In this document: piece by piece, positions 18,646 through 28,858 of the stretch
How the letters are laid out: every line of letters begins with the position of its first letter
How positions within the stretch are numbered: the stretch's first letter is position 1
Assembly: GCA_965195285.1 (NCBI GenBank)
Contig: CBDAFS010000061.1
Span: 12,458-76,457 of the forward strand
Source of the DNA: an uncultured Aminicenantes bacterium
GTDB taxonomy: Bacteria > Acidobacteriota > Aminicenantia > UBA2199
Direction: 5' to 3'
Length of the DNA: 64,000 nucleotides
Made by a program: the position numbers and the translations under genes
Notes under the pieces: generated by a model
Databases searched by the model: none
The model's input: only the letters and a program-made list of their open reading frames with translations
Told to the model about the DNA's origin: nothing

Positions 18646-19187
18646 CTCAGTTCTTTAAGCCGCGCGGCCTTTCCTTTTAGCTTTCTGAGATAATATAATT
18701 TGGCTCTTCTGACTTTGGAATGTCTTTTAACTTCTATTTTTTGAATCAACTCGGAATTCAATGGAAAAATTCTCTCAACGGAGATCCCGAATGATGTCTT
18801 CCGGACAGTTATGGTTTTTGAAATTCCGGAATTTTTCAGGGCGATAACCGTCCCCTCATAGACCTGGATTCTCTCTTTCCCGCCTTCAATTACCCGGTAG
18901 GACACACGGATAATATCTCCGGGTTTCAATTCGGGAAGGTCTTTCCGGGTTTCCGCAAAATAATCCACCACAGTGGATTCTTCCGGCACCTCTTTCTTCT
19001 CTATTTCGGTTTCCGGCTTCTCTTCTTCGGTTTTTACTTCCTTTATTTCTTCTTTATTTTCGGCTTTTTCCGGTTCCTTTTCAGAAGCGGTTCCCACATC
19101 CCCTTTGACTTGCATATCCTGCACAGACTCACTTGCGTTCTGCTCCGGCTGGCTTTTGGCCTCGATATCTTTCTTTTCTGTCGCCAT
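18642..19187 (-). CDS. rplS: 50S ribosomal protein L19 with long acidic N-terminal extension
   Basis: [32 protein letters not shown]. Confidence 0.95.
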   Translation of the reverse strand: MATEKKDIEAKSQPEQNASESVQDMQVKGDVGTASEKEPEKAENKEEIKEVKTEEEKPETEIEKKEVPEESTVVDYFAETRKDLPELKPGDIIRVSYRVIEGGKERIQVYEGTVIALKNSGISKTITVRKTSFGISVERIFPLNSELIQKIEVKRHSKVRRAKLYYLRKLKGKAARLKELR

Positions 19188-19316
19188 TCTTTTTCTCCTC
19201 AACAAAATTTAGATCGGTTTTCTATTTTACACCTTTTCGGTCAAATTTTCAATAGCTGCCCGCTTTTCCCCGGATATATTTGACTCAGAAGCTGGTTTTT
19301 GCTATAAGTAAGGGAT

Positions 19317-20825
19317 ATGAAAAAGGCAATTCCACTGGTACTCATTCTCGGTTTTGCAGTTTTTTTTTTGACTTCGGATTCCGATGCCCAATGGCAGCAC
19401 CAGCTGGATAAATACAGGCAGATTTACAAACTTCTGAAAGAAAATTGCCCGGAGACGCCGGATACCAGGAAAATTGTCTTTGCCTCCATACACGGATTGC
19501 TGAAAACCCTGGATCCCCATTCATATTTTCTGGATCCCCCCATGTTGAGATCCATGATGGAAGACCAACAGGGGAATTATTATGGAATCGGGATCCGCAT
19601 TACCAAATACGAAGACCGGCTGACCATCCTATCCCTAATCAAAGATACCCCGGCATTCAAACATGGGCTTCAGCCCGGCGATGTAATCACCGAAATCGAG
19701 AGCCAATCCACAGCCAGCCTGCCCCTGGACCAGATTGTCAGGAAGCTCAGAGGACCCAAAAGCAGCCAGGTTAGCCTCAAAGTTCAACGCCAGGGAATTA
19801 ACAAACCCCTCCTGTTCCGCATAAAGAGAGCTGAAATTCCCCTGAATTCCATATCATATTCACTATCCCACCCCACCAGTTCTGAGATCGGCTATATCAG
19901 CATCCGGACTTTTGGCAAGACAACGGCTAATGAATTCAGTTCCAATCTAAACCATCTGATCCGCCAACAGGGCGTGCAGGGGCTGATCCTGGATTTAAGA
20001 GGAAATTCAGGTGGATTGCTTCAAGCAGCCATAAAAATTTCCGATTTTTTTCTGGAAAAAGGAAAAACCGTGGTGTCCATCAAGGGAAGGAATCGAGAGC
20101 AGAAATTTCTGGCCGCTAAAGACAGCCAGTTTGAGGGATTTCCCCTGGTTATTCTGATCAACCGGCAGAGCGCCAGCGCATCTGAAATCGTGGCCTCGGC
20201 CCTGAAAGACCACCATAAAGCCACCATCATCGGAAGCCGTTCCTGGGGAAAGGGCCTGGTGGAAACCGTACACCAACTGCCGCTGAATTGCGCCATGGCC
20301 TTGACCAGTGCCAAATATTATACCCCCGAAAATAAAAGCCTGCAAAGGGATTACCGTGAATACGATCAGTATTTCTCCATTTTGCAGGACGATGGCTATG
20401 ACCATAACACCAGTCTTCAGGGAGGTGTATTCCCGGATATCCTGATCAAAGATGACCGGTATCCCCCCTCGATCACCGAGCTCATTTCCAAGGGGATTTT
20501 CTTTCAGTTTTCCCGAAAATTAATGACCGTCGGGATCCCAATCAGCAAAAATTTTTCCATTGATGCCACTATCACTGGAAAATTCAAAAAATTCCTGAAG
20601 GAAAAGCAAATTCAGTTCCCCCCGGAATTATTTAAAAAACATATGGAAATGATTCAATACGAAATAAAAAGGGACATACTTACCCATCAATTCTCAGCCC
20701 TGGAAGGTGTGAAGGTGTTTTTGGAAAGAGACCCGGTCATCCGGAAAGCTGCCGGGGTACTCATGAAAAAATTAGAAAAAGGAGCCCGAACATGGAGAAA
20801 ACAGACGGTTTTGTCAAGCAAATAA
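19317..20825 (+). CDS. ctpA: S41 C-terminal processing protease
   Basis: LDPHS, PDZ domain, LDLRGNSGG, SASASEIV, SWGKG. Confidence 0.9.
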   Translation: MKKAIPLVLILGFAVFFLTSDSDAQWQHQLDKYRQIYKLLKENCPETPDTRKIVFASIHGLLKTLDPHSYFLDPPMLRSMMEDQQGNYYGIGIRITKYEDRLTILSLIKDTPAFKHGLQPGDVITEIESQSTASLPLDQIVRKLRGPKSSQVSLKVQRQGINKPLLFRIKRAEIPLNSISYSLSHPTSSEIGYISIRTFGKTTANEFSSNLNHLIRQQGVQGLILDLRGNSGGLLQAAIKISDFFLEKGKTVVSIKGRNREQKFLAAKDSQFEGFPLVILINRQSASASEIVASALKDHHKATIIGSRSWGKGLVETVHQLPLNCAMALTSAKYYTPENKSLQRDYREYDQYFSILQDDGYDHNTSLQGGVFPDILIKDDRYPPSITELISKGIFFQFSRKLMTVGIPISKNFSIDATITGKFKKFLKEKQIQFPPELFKKHMEMIQYEIKRDILTHQFSALEGVKVFLERDPVIRKAAGVLMKKLEKGARTWRKQTVLSSK

Positions 20826-22240
20826 CCAAGAAATCCGAAGATTTTTCAAGATGGTATACAGATGTAATCAAGATGGCCAAGCTTGCCGATTATGCCCCCA
20901 TAAAGGGAGTAATGGTTATTCGACCTTATGGATACGAAATCTGGGAACTCATTCGGAACCAACTGGACAAAATGTTTAAGGATACGGGCCATCAGAATGC
21001 CTATTTTCCCCTGTTAATTCCGGAGAGTTTATTAAAAAAGGAAGCCGAACACGTAGAGGGCTTCGCTCCCGAAGTGGCCTGGGTAACCATCGGAGGCAGT
21101 GAACCGCTGGAGGAAAGACTGGCCATCAGGCCCACCTCCGAAGCCATTATCTGTTTCATGTATGCCAAGTGGATAAAATCATGGAGAGACCTCCCCCTGA
21201 AAATCAACCAGTGGGCCAATATCGTTCGCTGGGAAAAGGTCACCCGGCCCTTTTTAAGAACCACTGAGTTTTTGTGGCAGGAAGGTCACACCGCCCATGC
21301 CAGCTGTGAGGAAGCAGAAGAAGAAACCCTGTCCATTCTGGAAATTTATAAAACCTTTATTGAAAAATATCTGGCCATTCCGGTTATCACCGGGCTCAAA
21401 TCTGATAGTGAAAAATTCGCCGGGGCTTTAAAAACCTATTGTGTGGAAACGTTAATGCCGGACGGAAAAGCCCTGCAGGCAGGCACATCACATCACCTGG
21501 GACAAAATTTTTCCAAGGCCTTCGGAATTCGTTTTGAAAATAAAAACCAGGAACTCGAATATGCCTGGCAGACATCATGGGGCGTAACCACCCGGCTCAT
21601 CGGTGCGCTGGTCATGGTTCATGGAGATGATTCCGGACTGATTCTTCCCCCGGAGATCTCTCCGGTCCAGACGGTCATCATCCCCATCTCCAGGGGAGAC
21701 TGGAAAGAGACCATCCTTCCCCAGGCAGAAAGTATCTACCATGAATTAAAACAGAATAATATCCGGGTTATCCTGGATGATCGAGACACCTATACACCGG
21801 GATGGAAATTCTCCGAATGGGAGGTGAAGGGCGTCCCGGTCCGCCTGGAACTGGGGCCAAAGGATTTGGAGAAAAAGCAGGTGGTGCTGGTGAACCGGAT
21901 AAATCGAGATAAAAAGTTTGTTCCTGTGAAAAATCTGGTCGAAACTCTGAAAAAATTATTGGACGACATTCAATCGGAATTGCTGTCAAGGGCCCGGGAT
22001 TTTAATGCATCACAAACCCATATCGCCAGAACCGAAAACGAAATCATCGATATCATCGAAACCCGAAGAGGACTGGTCAAAACCGCCTGGTGCGGATCAT
22101 CCCAATGCGAAATTCCGATTAAAGAAAAGGCATCTGCCACCATTCGGGCAATTCTGGACCAGCAGGACAGCCAGTTCGAAAAATGCGCCATTTGCGGCAA
22201 AGCCCCCCGCTACACGGTCATTTTTGCCAAATCCTACTAA
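20792..22240 (+). CDS. proS: Proline--tRNA ligase (archaeal/eukaryote type, no INS editing domain)
   Basis: RPTSE, FLRTTEFLWQEGHT, QAGTSHHLGQNFSKAF, C-terminal AKSY. Confidence 0.95.
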   Translation: MEKTDGFVKQITKKSEDFSRWYTDVIKMAKLADYAPIKGVMVIRPYGYEIWELIRNQLDKMFKDTGHQNAYFPLLIPESLLKKEAEHVEGFAPEVAWVTIGGSEPLEERLAIRPTSEAIICFMYAKWIKSWRDLPLKINQWANIVRWEKVTRPFLRTTEFLWQEGHTAHASCEEAEEETLSILEIYKTFIEKYLAIPVITGLKSDSEKFAGALKTYCVETLMPDGKALQAGTSHHLGQNFSKAFGIRFENKNQELEYAWQTSWGVTTRLIGALVMVHGDDSGLILPPEISPVQTVIIPISRGDWKETILPQAESIYHELKQNNIRVILDDRDTYTPGWKFSEWEVKGVPVRLELGPKDLEKKQVVLVNRINRDKKFVPVKNLVETLKKLLDDIQSELLSRARDFNASQTHIARTENEIIDIIETRRGLVKTAWCGSSQCEIPIKEKASATIRAILDQQDSQFEKCAICGKAPRYTVIFAKSY

Positions 22241-22361
22241 ATAAAATGATCTCGAGGATCCTTCTCTTTGCTGATCAAGAGGTTATTTTCAATAGAATGT
22301 CCATTAAAAAAAATTAAGTGTATGTTATTGAAAAAAAATATTTTAATGATATAATTTAATT

Positions 22362-22889
22362 ATGATTATTCAATGCCCAAACTGTAATGCCAAATATAAT
22401 GTCCCGGACAACAAGATTCAGGGCAAATCAAAAATGAAATGTTCGAGATGTTATACCATATTTTCACCCGATCAAGTTAAAGAAGATTCAGCCAGTAAGA
22501 AAGATACAGCCAAAATCATGCAGAAGAATGTTGGCGATTCGTTGTGGACCAATGAAAATCTGGTGTTGCCTGAAGATAAAAAAATTTCACTGGCCATCAT
22601 CAAAGGAGCCCGGGCAGGATTTATTTACCATATCGAGAAACCCTATATTTTAATCGGCAGGGGGAAAGTCGACCTGATCATTCCGGATAAGGAGATCTCC
22701 AGGAAACATCTGGCCATAGAAGTCAGGGATGACAAAATATTTCTCCGGGACCTGGGTAGCACCAATGGCACTTTTATCAACGACAAAAAAGTTTCCATAA
22801 CCGAAATAAAAGACCAGAGTGAATTCAAAGTCGGTCAGACAACCCTCATGCTCATCACCACCCCCAAGGATAAGAGTTTCGGTAAATAA
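22362..22889 (+). CDS. MJ0042-type zinc-ribbon + FHA domain protein
   Basis: CPNC...CSRC; IGRG, ISRKH, DLGSTNGTF. Confidence 0.85.
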   Translation: MIIQCPNCNAKYNVPDNKIQGKSKMKCSRCYTIFSPDQVKEDSASKKDTAKIMQKNVGDSLWTNENLVLPEDKKISLAIIKGARAGFIYHIEKPYILIGRGKVDLIIPDKEISRKHLAIEVRDDKIFLRDLGSTNGTFINDKKVSITEIKDQSEFKVGQTTLMLITTPKDKSFGK

Positions 22890-22891
22890 AA

Positions 22892-24514
22892 TTGTGGCGA
22901 AAAACTAAGCTTCTTGTAAATTTTATCGCCACCTCCCTTATTTTCAATTATTTCATTTCCATTTTGGTACTGTTACTGAATCCCCACGCGGTACTGACCT
23001 ACCCGGATTTCATTAATTTATACATTTATCTTTTCATATTCTACGGCCCCTTTTGGTTTGTGATCATTGGGCTGCTCTTTTTAATCATTCAGTTTTTTTC
23101 AGAAAAGAAATACATCATCGGTATTTTTTCCCCCCCCACCATTACCTACTTTTTATCTTTTACCGTACTGATTATTTCTTTTGTGCTGTATCTGAATTAT
23201 GTGTACTATTTTTCATTCTTCACCGATGGGGTCAAAACCAAATTTATTCAGATCCTGCTAATAAACCTCATATTAATTGTAACCAGCATCCTGTTCATGG
23301 TAATGAATAAAGTCAATAAAAAATGGATTCAGATACTCTTCTTGCTGATACTGTTCTTAAATATCATTACCTCCTTTAACTCAATTGTGGTCAACAATTT
23401 CTATATGAAGAGTGCCATTCTGAAAAAACCTACCGGTCAAAAACCCAACCCCCGCAAGATACGAATCGTGATTATGGATGGGCTGTCTTTGAATTTTTTG
23501 ATCTCCCTTTCTTCGGAACAGAAATTACTGAATTTCAATTACCTTCTGAAAAACGGAGTCAGAAGTCGAATAACATCCTTCAAACCCAATTTCGAACTGG
23601 CCTTGTTGAATTCCACCCTGACCGGATGTGAGCCATCCCAATATGCCTTCCACTCCCATAATCGCTTTAAAATCTCGGACCTTAATTATGAGTTTAATAT
23701 TTTTCCCCGTTATGTGTTCTTCAGATATTCCTCGGTGCTGGGATTCACTACATTTTACAAAAAGGACAATCCCACAGTAAAAGATTATATTATCAAGAAT
23801 TACCGCACCCATAATTATCAGATCCAGCCCTTAATCGGACACCAGTATGTCCCTGTCTATTCAAAAAAATTACTAAAACAAAACAGTCTTTTCATTCATT
23901 TGTTTTCGGACATTCTGGAGGGGCTGAATCCAAAGTACGAGATCATCAGAAAAGCCTTTTTTTTGGACGAATACATGAAAAACCGAATCCCCGGATTAAA
24001 GGATTCCGAGAAATATTATTCCATTACCCGTCTGAAGGGGCTGGATACCATCAGTAAATATTTTTATCAGTACTACATCCCCCAGATATTCGGTAATATC
24101 GATGAAAAAGAAATCAACCAGTATGGCTGGATCATCAATAATTATTATGAGTATTACGATTCCATCATTGGCAATTTGATCAGTTCAACCGGCGAAAATG
24201 AACTGCTGGTGATTCTGAGTTTTTTCGAGTATGAACCGCTCCCGATATGGAGAAGAATCATGGTCAATCTGTTCGGAGACCAGGATATTTATGTATACAA
24301 GTCCCTGAATTCCAAGGGAACACTGTTGATGTACGAAAAAAATGCACTAAAAAAAGACTACCCCCTGAAAACCATTACCATATTTGATATTTTCCCCACC
24401 CTCATTTATTACTCCGGTTTTCAGTTGTCTCCGGATCTGAAAGGAGAGGTGATCCGGGAAATATTCAACGACGAATTCATCCTCAACAATCCCATTGATT
24501 TTCAAACCAATTGA
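22892..24514 (+). CDS. Membrane protein with alkaline-phosphatase/phosphodiesterase-superfamily domain (possibly degenerate)
   Basis: 5 N-terminal TM; IVIMDGLS, LTG..P, DIFPTL. Confidence 0.55.
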   Translation: MWRKTKLLVNFIATSLIFNYFISILVLLLNPHAVLTYPDFINLYIYLFIFYGPFWFVIIGLLFLIIQFFSEKKYIIGIFSPPTITYFLSFTVLIISFVLYLNYVYYFSFFTDGVKTKFIQILLINLILIVTSILFMVMNKVNKKWIQILFLLILFLNIITSFNSIVVNNFYMKSAILKKPTGQKPNPRKIRIVIMDGLSLNFLISLSSEQKLLNFNYLLKNGVRSRITSFKPNFELALLNSTLTGCEPSQYAFHSHNRFKISDLNYEFNIFPRYVFFRYSSVLGFTTFYKKDNPTVKDYIIKNYRTHNYQIQPLIGHQYVPVYSKKLLKQNSLFIHLFSDILEGLNPKYEIIRKAFFLDEYMKNRIPGLKDSEKYYSITRLKGLDTISKYFYQYYIPQIFGNIDEKEINQYGWIINNYYEYYDSIIGNLISSTGENELLVILSFFEYEPLPIWRRIMVNLFGDQDIYVYKSLNSKGTLLMYEKNALKKDYPLKTITIFDIFPTLIYYSGFQLSPDLKGEVIREIFNDEFILNNPIDFQTN

Positions 24515-24558
24515 GGCGGATATTTGCAAATAACCCGGTTATAGACTAAACTCATGGG

Positions 24559-25971
24559 TTGATGAAAACCATATGCGTTGTCCTGATTATTTTGGGTTTG
24601 CTGTGCAGTTGCCAAAAAAGCAGCCTGGTTCCGGAAATCACGCCCAATCTTGCTGCCAAGCCCGTTCACAGCCTGAAAGAAAAGCGGCGTATTTTCCAGC
24701 TGGGTCAATTCAAAACCGGCCTGATTTTTGTGACCCCCAAAAATGAAATACAGCGTTTTGATCCCCGGACCCAGACCCTGGACACCATATTCCAGTTTCG
24801 ACAACCGGTAGAACAACGGTTTTTTCTGGACCGCCATCTGCTCATTATAAAAAACAAAAAGGGACCTGAATGGTCGATTCTGGACCTGGAATCCCAAAAT
24901 ATTTTAAAGACCGTACAGGGTTTCCCCGTGGATCAAATAATCGGAAGCAAAAACCAGCTTATCTGCTTCCAAAAAAACAGCCGGCTGGTTATTCTCGATT
25001 ATCAGGACCTCAACCTTATTCATGAAATCCCTCTGGAAGCCGAAAAGGTATTCAACTGCAAATTTAAGGGCCCTGAGATTTTGATACTGACCAGTAAAAA
25101 ATTGTACATCTATAACCGGAAAAAGAATCATCTGAATTCCCATATCCTCCAGAACCTGCCGGCTTCCGGATTTCTGCTCTGGGATGAGCATATATATTAC
25201 GGATCAATCAATCGGGAGCTGATAAAATTTGCCCTGAAAACCCGGAAAGTAAAATGGAAAATAAAACTGGCCATGACCCTGAAAGTAAAACCACAACAAA
25301 TGGGCAAGTTTATTGTTTTCAGTCCGGAGGATAACAATATTTTCTTTTTCAATCGGAATGGAACCCTGCACTGGTGGGAAAAGCTGGAAGCCACCCGTAT
25401 GCTCCCTCCGATTATCATGAGGGAAAATGTGGCAGTCTTTCTGTTAAACGGGAACTTAAAGTTTTTCAACCCGAAAACCCGCAAAGTCCAGAAATTCAGT
25501 TTGAAAACCAGCCTGGACAGTAATCCGGTATACCTTGAGAATTACCTTTACTATCTATCCCACAAAAAAAATAAAAAAGCTCAAAAAATATCCAGAGTCG
25601 GCAACATATACCAGGTTAAAGTCAAAACAGACCCTGAACATATAAAACCCCTGGGACAATCCATTCAATTTAATTTAAACCCCATAAACCTGGTCAACCC
25701 GGTCCTGGAGGTTAAGATACTGGATCAGGCGGACCTGATTGTTTTTCAAAAAACCATCAAACACAGTGACATCATGTCCTTTGTCTGGATCCCGAAAGCA
25801 GCCGGAAAATACAAACTGGTCCTGGAAATCAAGGCCAAAAACAAAAAACAGATGACCATCAATCAGAATGTCAAAATTACGGACATCGAAACAATGATCC
25901 GCAGCAGCCAGCAACAAAACATTTTCGAATGCCCATTTGATTTATTCAATGTCAAATCCGCCTCCCAATGA
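24559..25971 (+). CDS. Lipoprotein with PQQ-like (BamB-like) beta-propeller
   Basis: Lipobox LCSC; propeller W-repeats (KVKWK, GTLHWW). Confidence 0.5.
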   Translation: MMKTICVVLIILGLLCSCQKSSLVPEITPNLAAKPVHSLKEKRRIFQLGQFKTGLIFVTPKNEIQRFDPRTQTLDTIFQFRQPVEQRFFLDRHLLIIKNKKGPEWSILDLESQNILKTVQGFPVDQIIGSKNQLICFQKNSRLVILDYQDLNLIHEIPLEAEKVFNCKFKGPEILILTSKKLYIYNRKKNHLNSHILQNLPASGFLLWDEHIYYGSINRELIKFALKTRKVKWKIKLAMTLKVKPQQMGKFIVFSPEDNNIFFFNRNGTLHWWEKLEATRMLPPIIMRENVAVFLLNGNLKFFNPKTRKVQKFSLKTSLDSNPVYLENYLYYLSHKKNKKAQKISRVGNIYQVKVKTDPEHIKPLGQSIQFNLNPINLVNPVLEVKILDQADLIVFQKTIKHSDIMSFVWIPKAAGKYKLVLEIKAKNKKQMTINQNVKITDIETMIRSSQQQNIFECPFDLFNVKSASQ

Positions 25972-26894
25972 CTTCATTAATAAAATACCTTAAGGAAAAG
26001 GATATACCCCATTTTAAAGACCGGGACATAAGTCCCTACCTGTCTATGCGGGTGGGCGGGAAAGTAAAACTGATCATCATTGTAAAATCATACCCGGATT
26101 TGAAAGAACTGGTGGCCAGGATAGCTGAACACGAATGCCCTTTTGTGTTGATCGGAGGGGGCAGCAATGTGGTATTTTCCAGTAAGTATTCCCCGATTGC
26201 GGTCATTATCAACCGGTCATCTGAAATATCAGAGCAGGAAGAAAACCTGATCCGGGTCAATTCCGGGGTTTTGAATCAACAGTTGATCAGCTGGTGTATC
26301 CGCAACCGTTTTTCAGGCCTGGAATTCCTGGCCGGCATCCCGGGAACAGTTGGCGGTGCAGCTGCAGTCAATGCCGGTGCCTTTCAAAAATCCATGGCCG
26401 ATGTTCTTAAAAAAGCAGAGATTCTGGATACCCGAAATCAGCTTCGAGTTGTGACACCGGATTATTTTCAATACAGTTACCGGAATTCGGTTTTCAGGAC
26501 CGGAAACCAGACCATCCTTAACCTTTTCTTCCGTTTGCAGTCTGACCGGCCCGATGATATCCAAAACCGAGTCAAGGCCAACATCACATATCGAAAGAAA
26601 TACCATCCGCCTTACAGCCAGTATACCGCCGGATGCTTTTTCAAGAACCCGCTGGTCGAAAATCAAAGAATGTCTGCCGGTAAAATCATCGAAGACCTGG
26701 ATTTCAAGGGCCGTCATTTCGACAACTTACGGATTTCAGATGAACACGCCAATTTTCTGATCAACAAGGGACAGGCGCGCTTAGAGGACATCAAGGAAGT
26801 TGAAAGCGAAATTGTTCAGGCGGTTTCCCGGGGAAAAGGCATCCAGCTGGAAAGAGAAGTCATTTATATCACCGCCAGCGGAGAGAAACAATAG
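25968..26894 (+). CDS. murB: UDP-N-acetylmuramate dehydrogenase
   Basis: GGGSN, GLEFLAGIPGTVGGA..NAGA, AGCFFKNP, HANF, LEREV. Confidence 0.95.
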   Translation: MTSLIKYLKEKDIPHFKDRDISPYLSMRVGGKVKLIIIVKSYPDLKELVARIAEHECPFVLIGGGSNVVFSSKYSPIAVIINRSSEISEQEENLIRVNSGVLNQQLISWCIRNRFSGLEFLAGIPGTVGGAAAVNAGAFQKSMADVLKKAEILDTRNQLRVVTPDYFQYSYRNSVFRTGNQTILNLFFRLQSDRPDDIQNRVKANITYRKKYHPPYSQYTAGCFFKNPLVENQRMSAGKIIEDLDFKGRHFDNLRISDEHANFLINKGQARLEDIKEVESEIVQAVSRGKGIQLEREVIYITASGEKQ

Positions 26895-26908
26895 CAGGAA
26901 CAACAGTC

Positions 26909-27853
26909 ATGCCCCGGATGATTTTTATATTTCTGGACGGAGTGGGTATCGGAAAATCAGAACCCGGCAACCCCTTTCACCGGGCCGGATCCTCCTATCT
27001 TCCGTTTTTTGGCCAGAATCTTTGCTGGCCGGACCAAACCCCGGTTAAACCCATCGACCCCCTCTTTGGCATACCAGGCTTTCCCCAGAGTGCAACCGGT
27101 CAGACCACTCTTTATACCGGAAAAGAAGTCCCCGTATTGTTGAATCGCCACCAGGGCACGACCCCCAACAAATTCATGAGAAAAATCATCCGGGAATACA
27201 ACCTCATCTCCCTGCTTAAAAACAAACGGATCAAGGCCACTTTTATCAATGCCTACCCGGTTTTTTCTCGGTTCTTCAATTCCGGTCACATCAACATCAA
27301 AGCGGATGGCCGGTTGGAATTCTCCAGGGAATTTCCGGAACTCTTTAAAAAACGAATATCGGTAACCAGTTGCATGATGATCAGCAGCCGGATCAAACCC
27401 TTTGATGAAGGGGATATCCTGGCGGAAAAATCCATTTACCAGGATTATTCCAACCGGGAATTGACCAAAAGGGGGTTATCCCTGCCGGAATTCACTCCCG
27501 AAAAGGCGGCCGAAATTCTTTTCAAACAATCCCGGCAATACGATTTCATGCTGTACGAATATTTTCAAACCGATATCTACGCCCACCGCAAATCCATATC
27601 CGAGTGTACCGATCTTATAAAAAAATTGAACCGGCTCATTGAAAGACTGGTTAACCTGCTGGATAAACGAACCGACACACTGCTGATCACCAGTGACCAT
27701 GGAAACCTGGAAGACTGCAGCGTACACACCCATACCCTGAACCCGGTTCCTCTGGTCGTCTGGGGAAAGGGAAGCCAAAAACTCAGGGGAGCCATTTCCA
27801 CCATTGCCGATGTGACACCGGCAATTGCCAGGTTGTTCTCTATTTACAGCTGA
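26909..27853 (+). CDS. Metalloenzyme superfamily protein (phosphoglycerate mutase/phosphopentomutase-like)
   Basis: FLDGVGIG, PQSATGQT, TDIYAH, TSDHGNLED, HTLNPVP. Confidence 0.8.
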   Translation: MPRMIFIFLDGVGIGKSEPGNPFHRAGSSYLPFFGQNLCWPDQTPVKPIDPLFGIPGFPQSATGQTTLYTGKEVPVLLNRHQGTTPNKFMRKIIREYNLISLLKNKRIKATFINAYPVFSRFFNSGHINIKADGRLEFSREFPELFKKRISVTSCMMISSRIKPFDEGDILAEKSIYQDYSNRELTKRGLSLPEFTPEKAAEILFKQSRQYDFMLYEYFQTDIYAHRKSISECTDLIKKLNRLIERLVNLLDKRTDTLLITSDHGNLEDCSVHTHTLNPVPLVVWGKGSQKLRGAISTIADVTPAIARLFSIYS

Positions 27854-28258
27854 CTATTTTTTCTTTTCCACCAGCTCCATCAAGACTCCGGACAGGTCTC
27901 CCGGATGGGCAAAAATAATTTTGGAATCAGACGCTCCCTTCCCGGTTTCCGAATTCAATAAACGGATGTGGTTTTTTTTAAAAACCGCTACCTGACCCTC
28001 CAGGTCATCGACCTCATAGGCGATGTGATGGATGCCCCCCCCCCGTTTCTTTAAAAAGTTGGAAACCGGAGAATCTGGGGCCAGTGGTTCCACCAGCTCG
28101 ATGTGAACACCCCCGATATCAAAGAGGGCCACCCGGACCTTCTGCTCCTGCACCACCTCGGTTCCCAGAAAAGTCAATCCCAGTATGCCCCGGTATTTTT
28201 TGATTTCCTTTTCCAAGTCTTTGACCACTATGGCCAGGTGATCAATTTTTTTGATCAT
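27854..28258 (-). CDS. mce: Methylmalonyl-CoA epimerase
   Basis: IDHLAIVV, EQKVRV, IELVEP, GIHHIAYEV, F.HP...GVLMEL. Confidence 0.9.
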   Translation of the reverse strand: MIKKIDHLAIVVKDLEKEIKKYRGILGLTFLGTEVVQEQKVRVALFDIGGVHIELVEPLAPDSPVSNFLKKRGGGIHHIAYEVDDLEGQVAVFKKNHIRLLNSETGKGASDSKIIFAHPGDLSGVLMELVEKKK

Positions 28259-28415
28259 GAATTCCTCCAAATGATGCCGGCCCGGATGATCCGGGAATTG
28301 AAATAGAAAATTATTTGATATTTTTCGGAAAGGTTTGGTTTTTAAAAAAAATGGGGGAAAGCCGACGCTTCCTCCCAAATTTTTCATTACTTGATAATAA
28401 AGACAGGAAAAACGT

Positions 28416-28790
28416 TTACATTTTTGAGGCAATCCAGGTGCCGGTACTGCTGGCCCAGCTTATCATCGTGCCGTTCATAGAAGTTAACGAAGTGAAGGAA
28501 CCCGTATAAGTGGTACCACTGGTATAAATAAACGTAACCGATTGTCCACTTACAGAATACGTCCCATTGTGACCTTCATCATTGGTCCAGGTTCCACTTG
28601 TCAGAGATCCGACAAACGTGTCAATCATGGTGCCCGGAGCAGGCATATTACTGGCAGCTGACCATGTGTAAGTGATAGCCCAGGTTCCCCGGATATCATA
28701 CACGATTTCTTCTTCAGTTTTACAACTGTTAAAAAACAATAAACCAATCAGACAAAAACTGATTAACGCCACTGAAAAAAATCTCTTCAT
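28416..28790 (-). CDS. Small lipoprotein of the 'DITGTW' family
   Basis: Lipobox FNSC-KTEEE; YDIRGTW...MNGTM...GTWIASK. Confidence 0.7.
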   Translation of the reverse strand: MKRFFSVALISFCLIGLLFFNSCKTEEEIVYDIRGTWAITYTWSAASNMPAPGTMIDTFVGSLTSGTWTNDEGHNGTYSVSGQSVTFIYTSGTTYTGSFTSLTSMNGTMISWASSTGTWIASKM

Positions 28791-28858
28791 AATTTCCTCC
28801 TTTACTCTATGCTCAAATACTTAACATACTGAAATTAAAACATCAAGGAAAAATTTTT

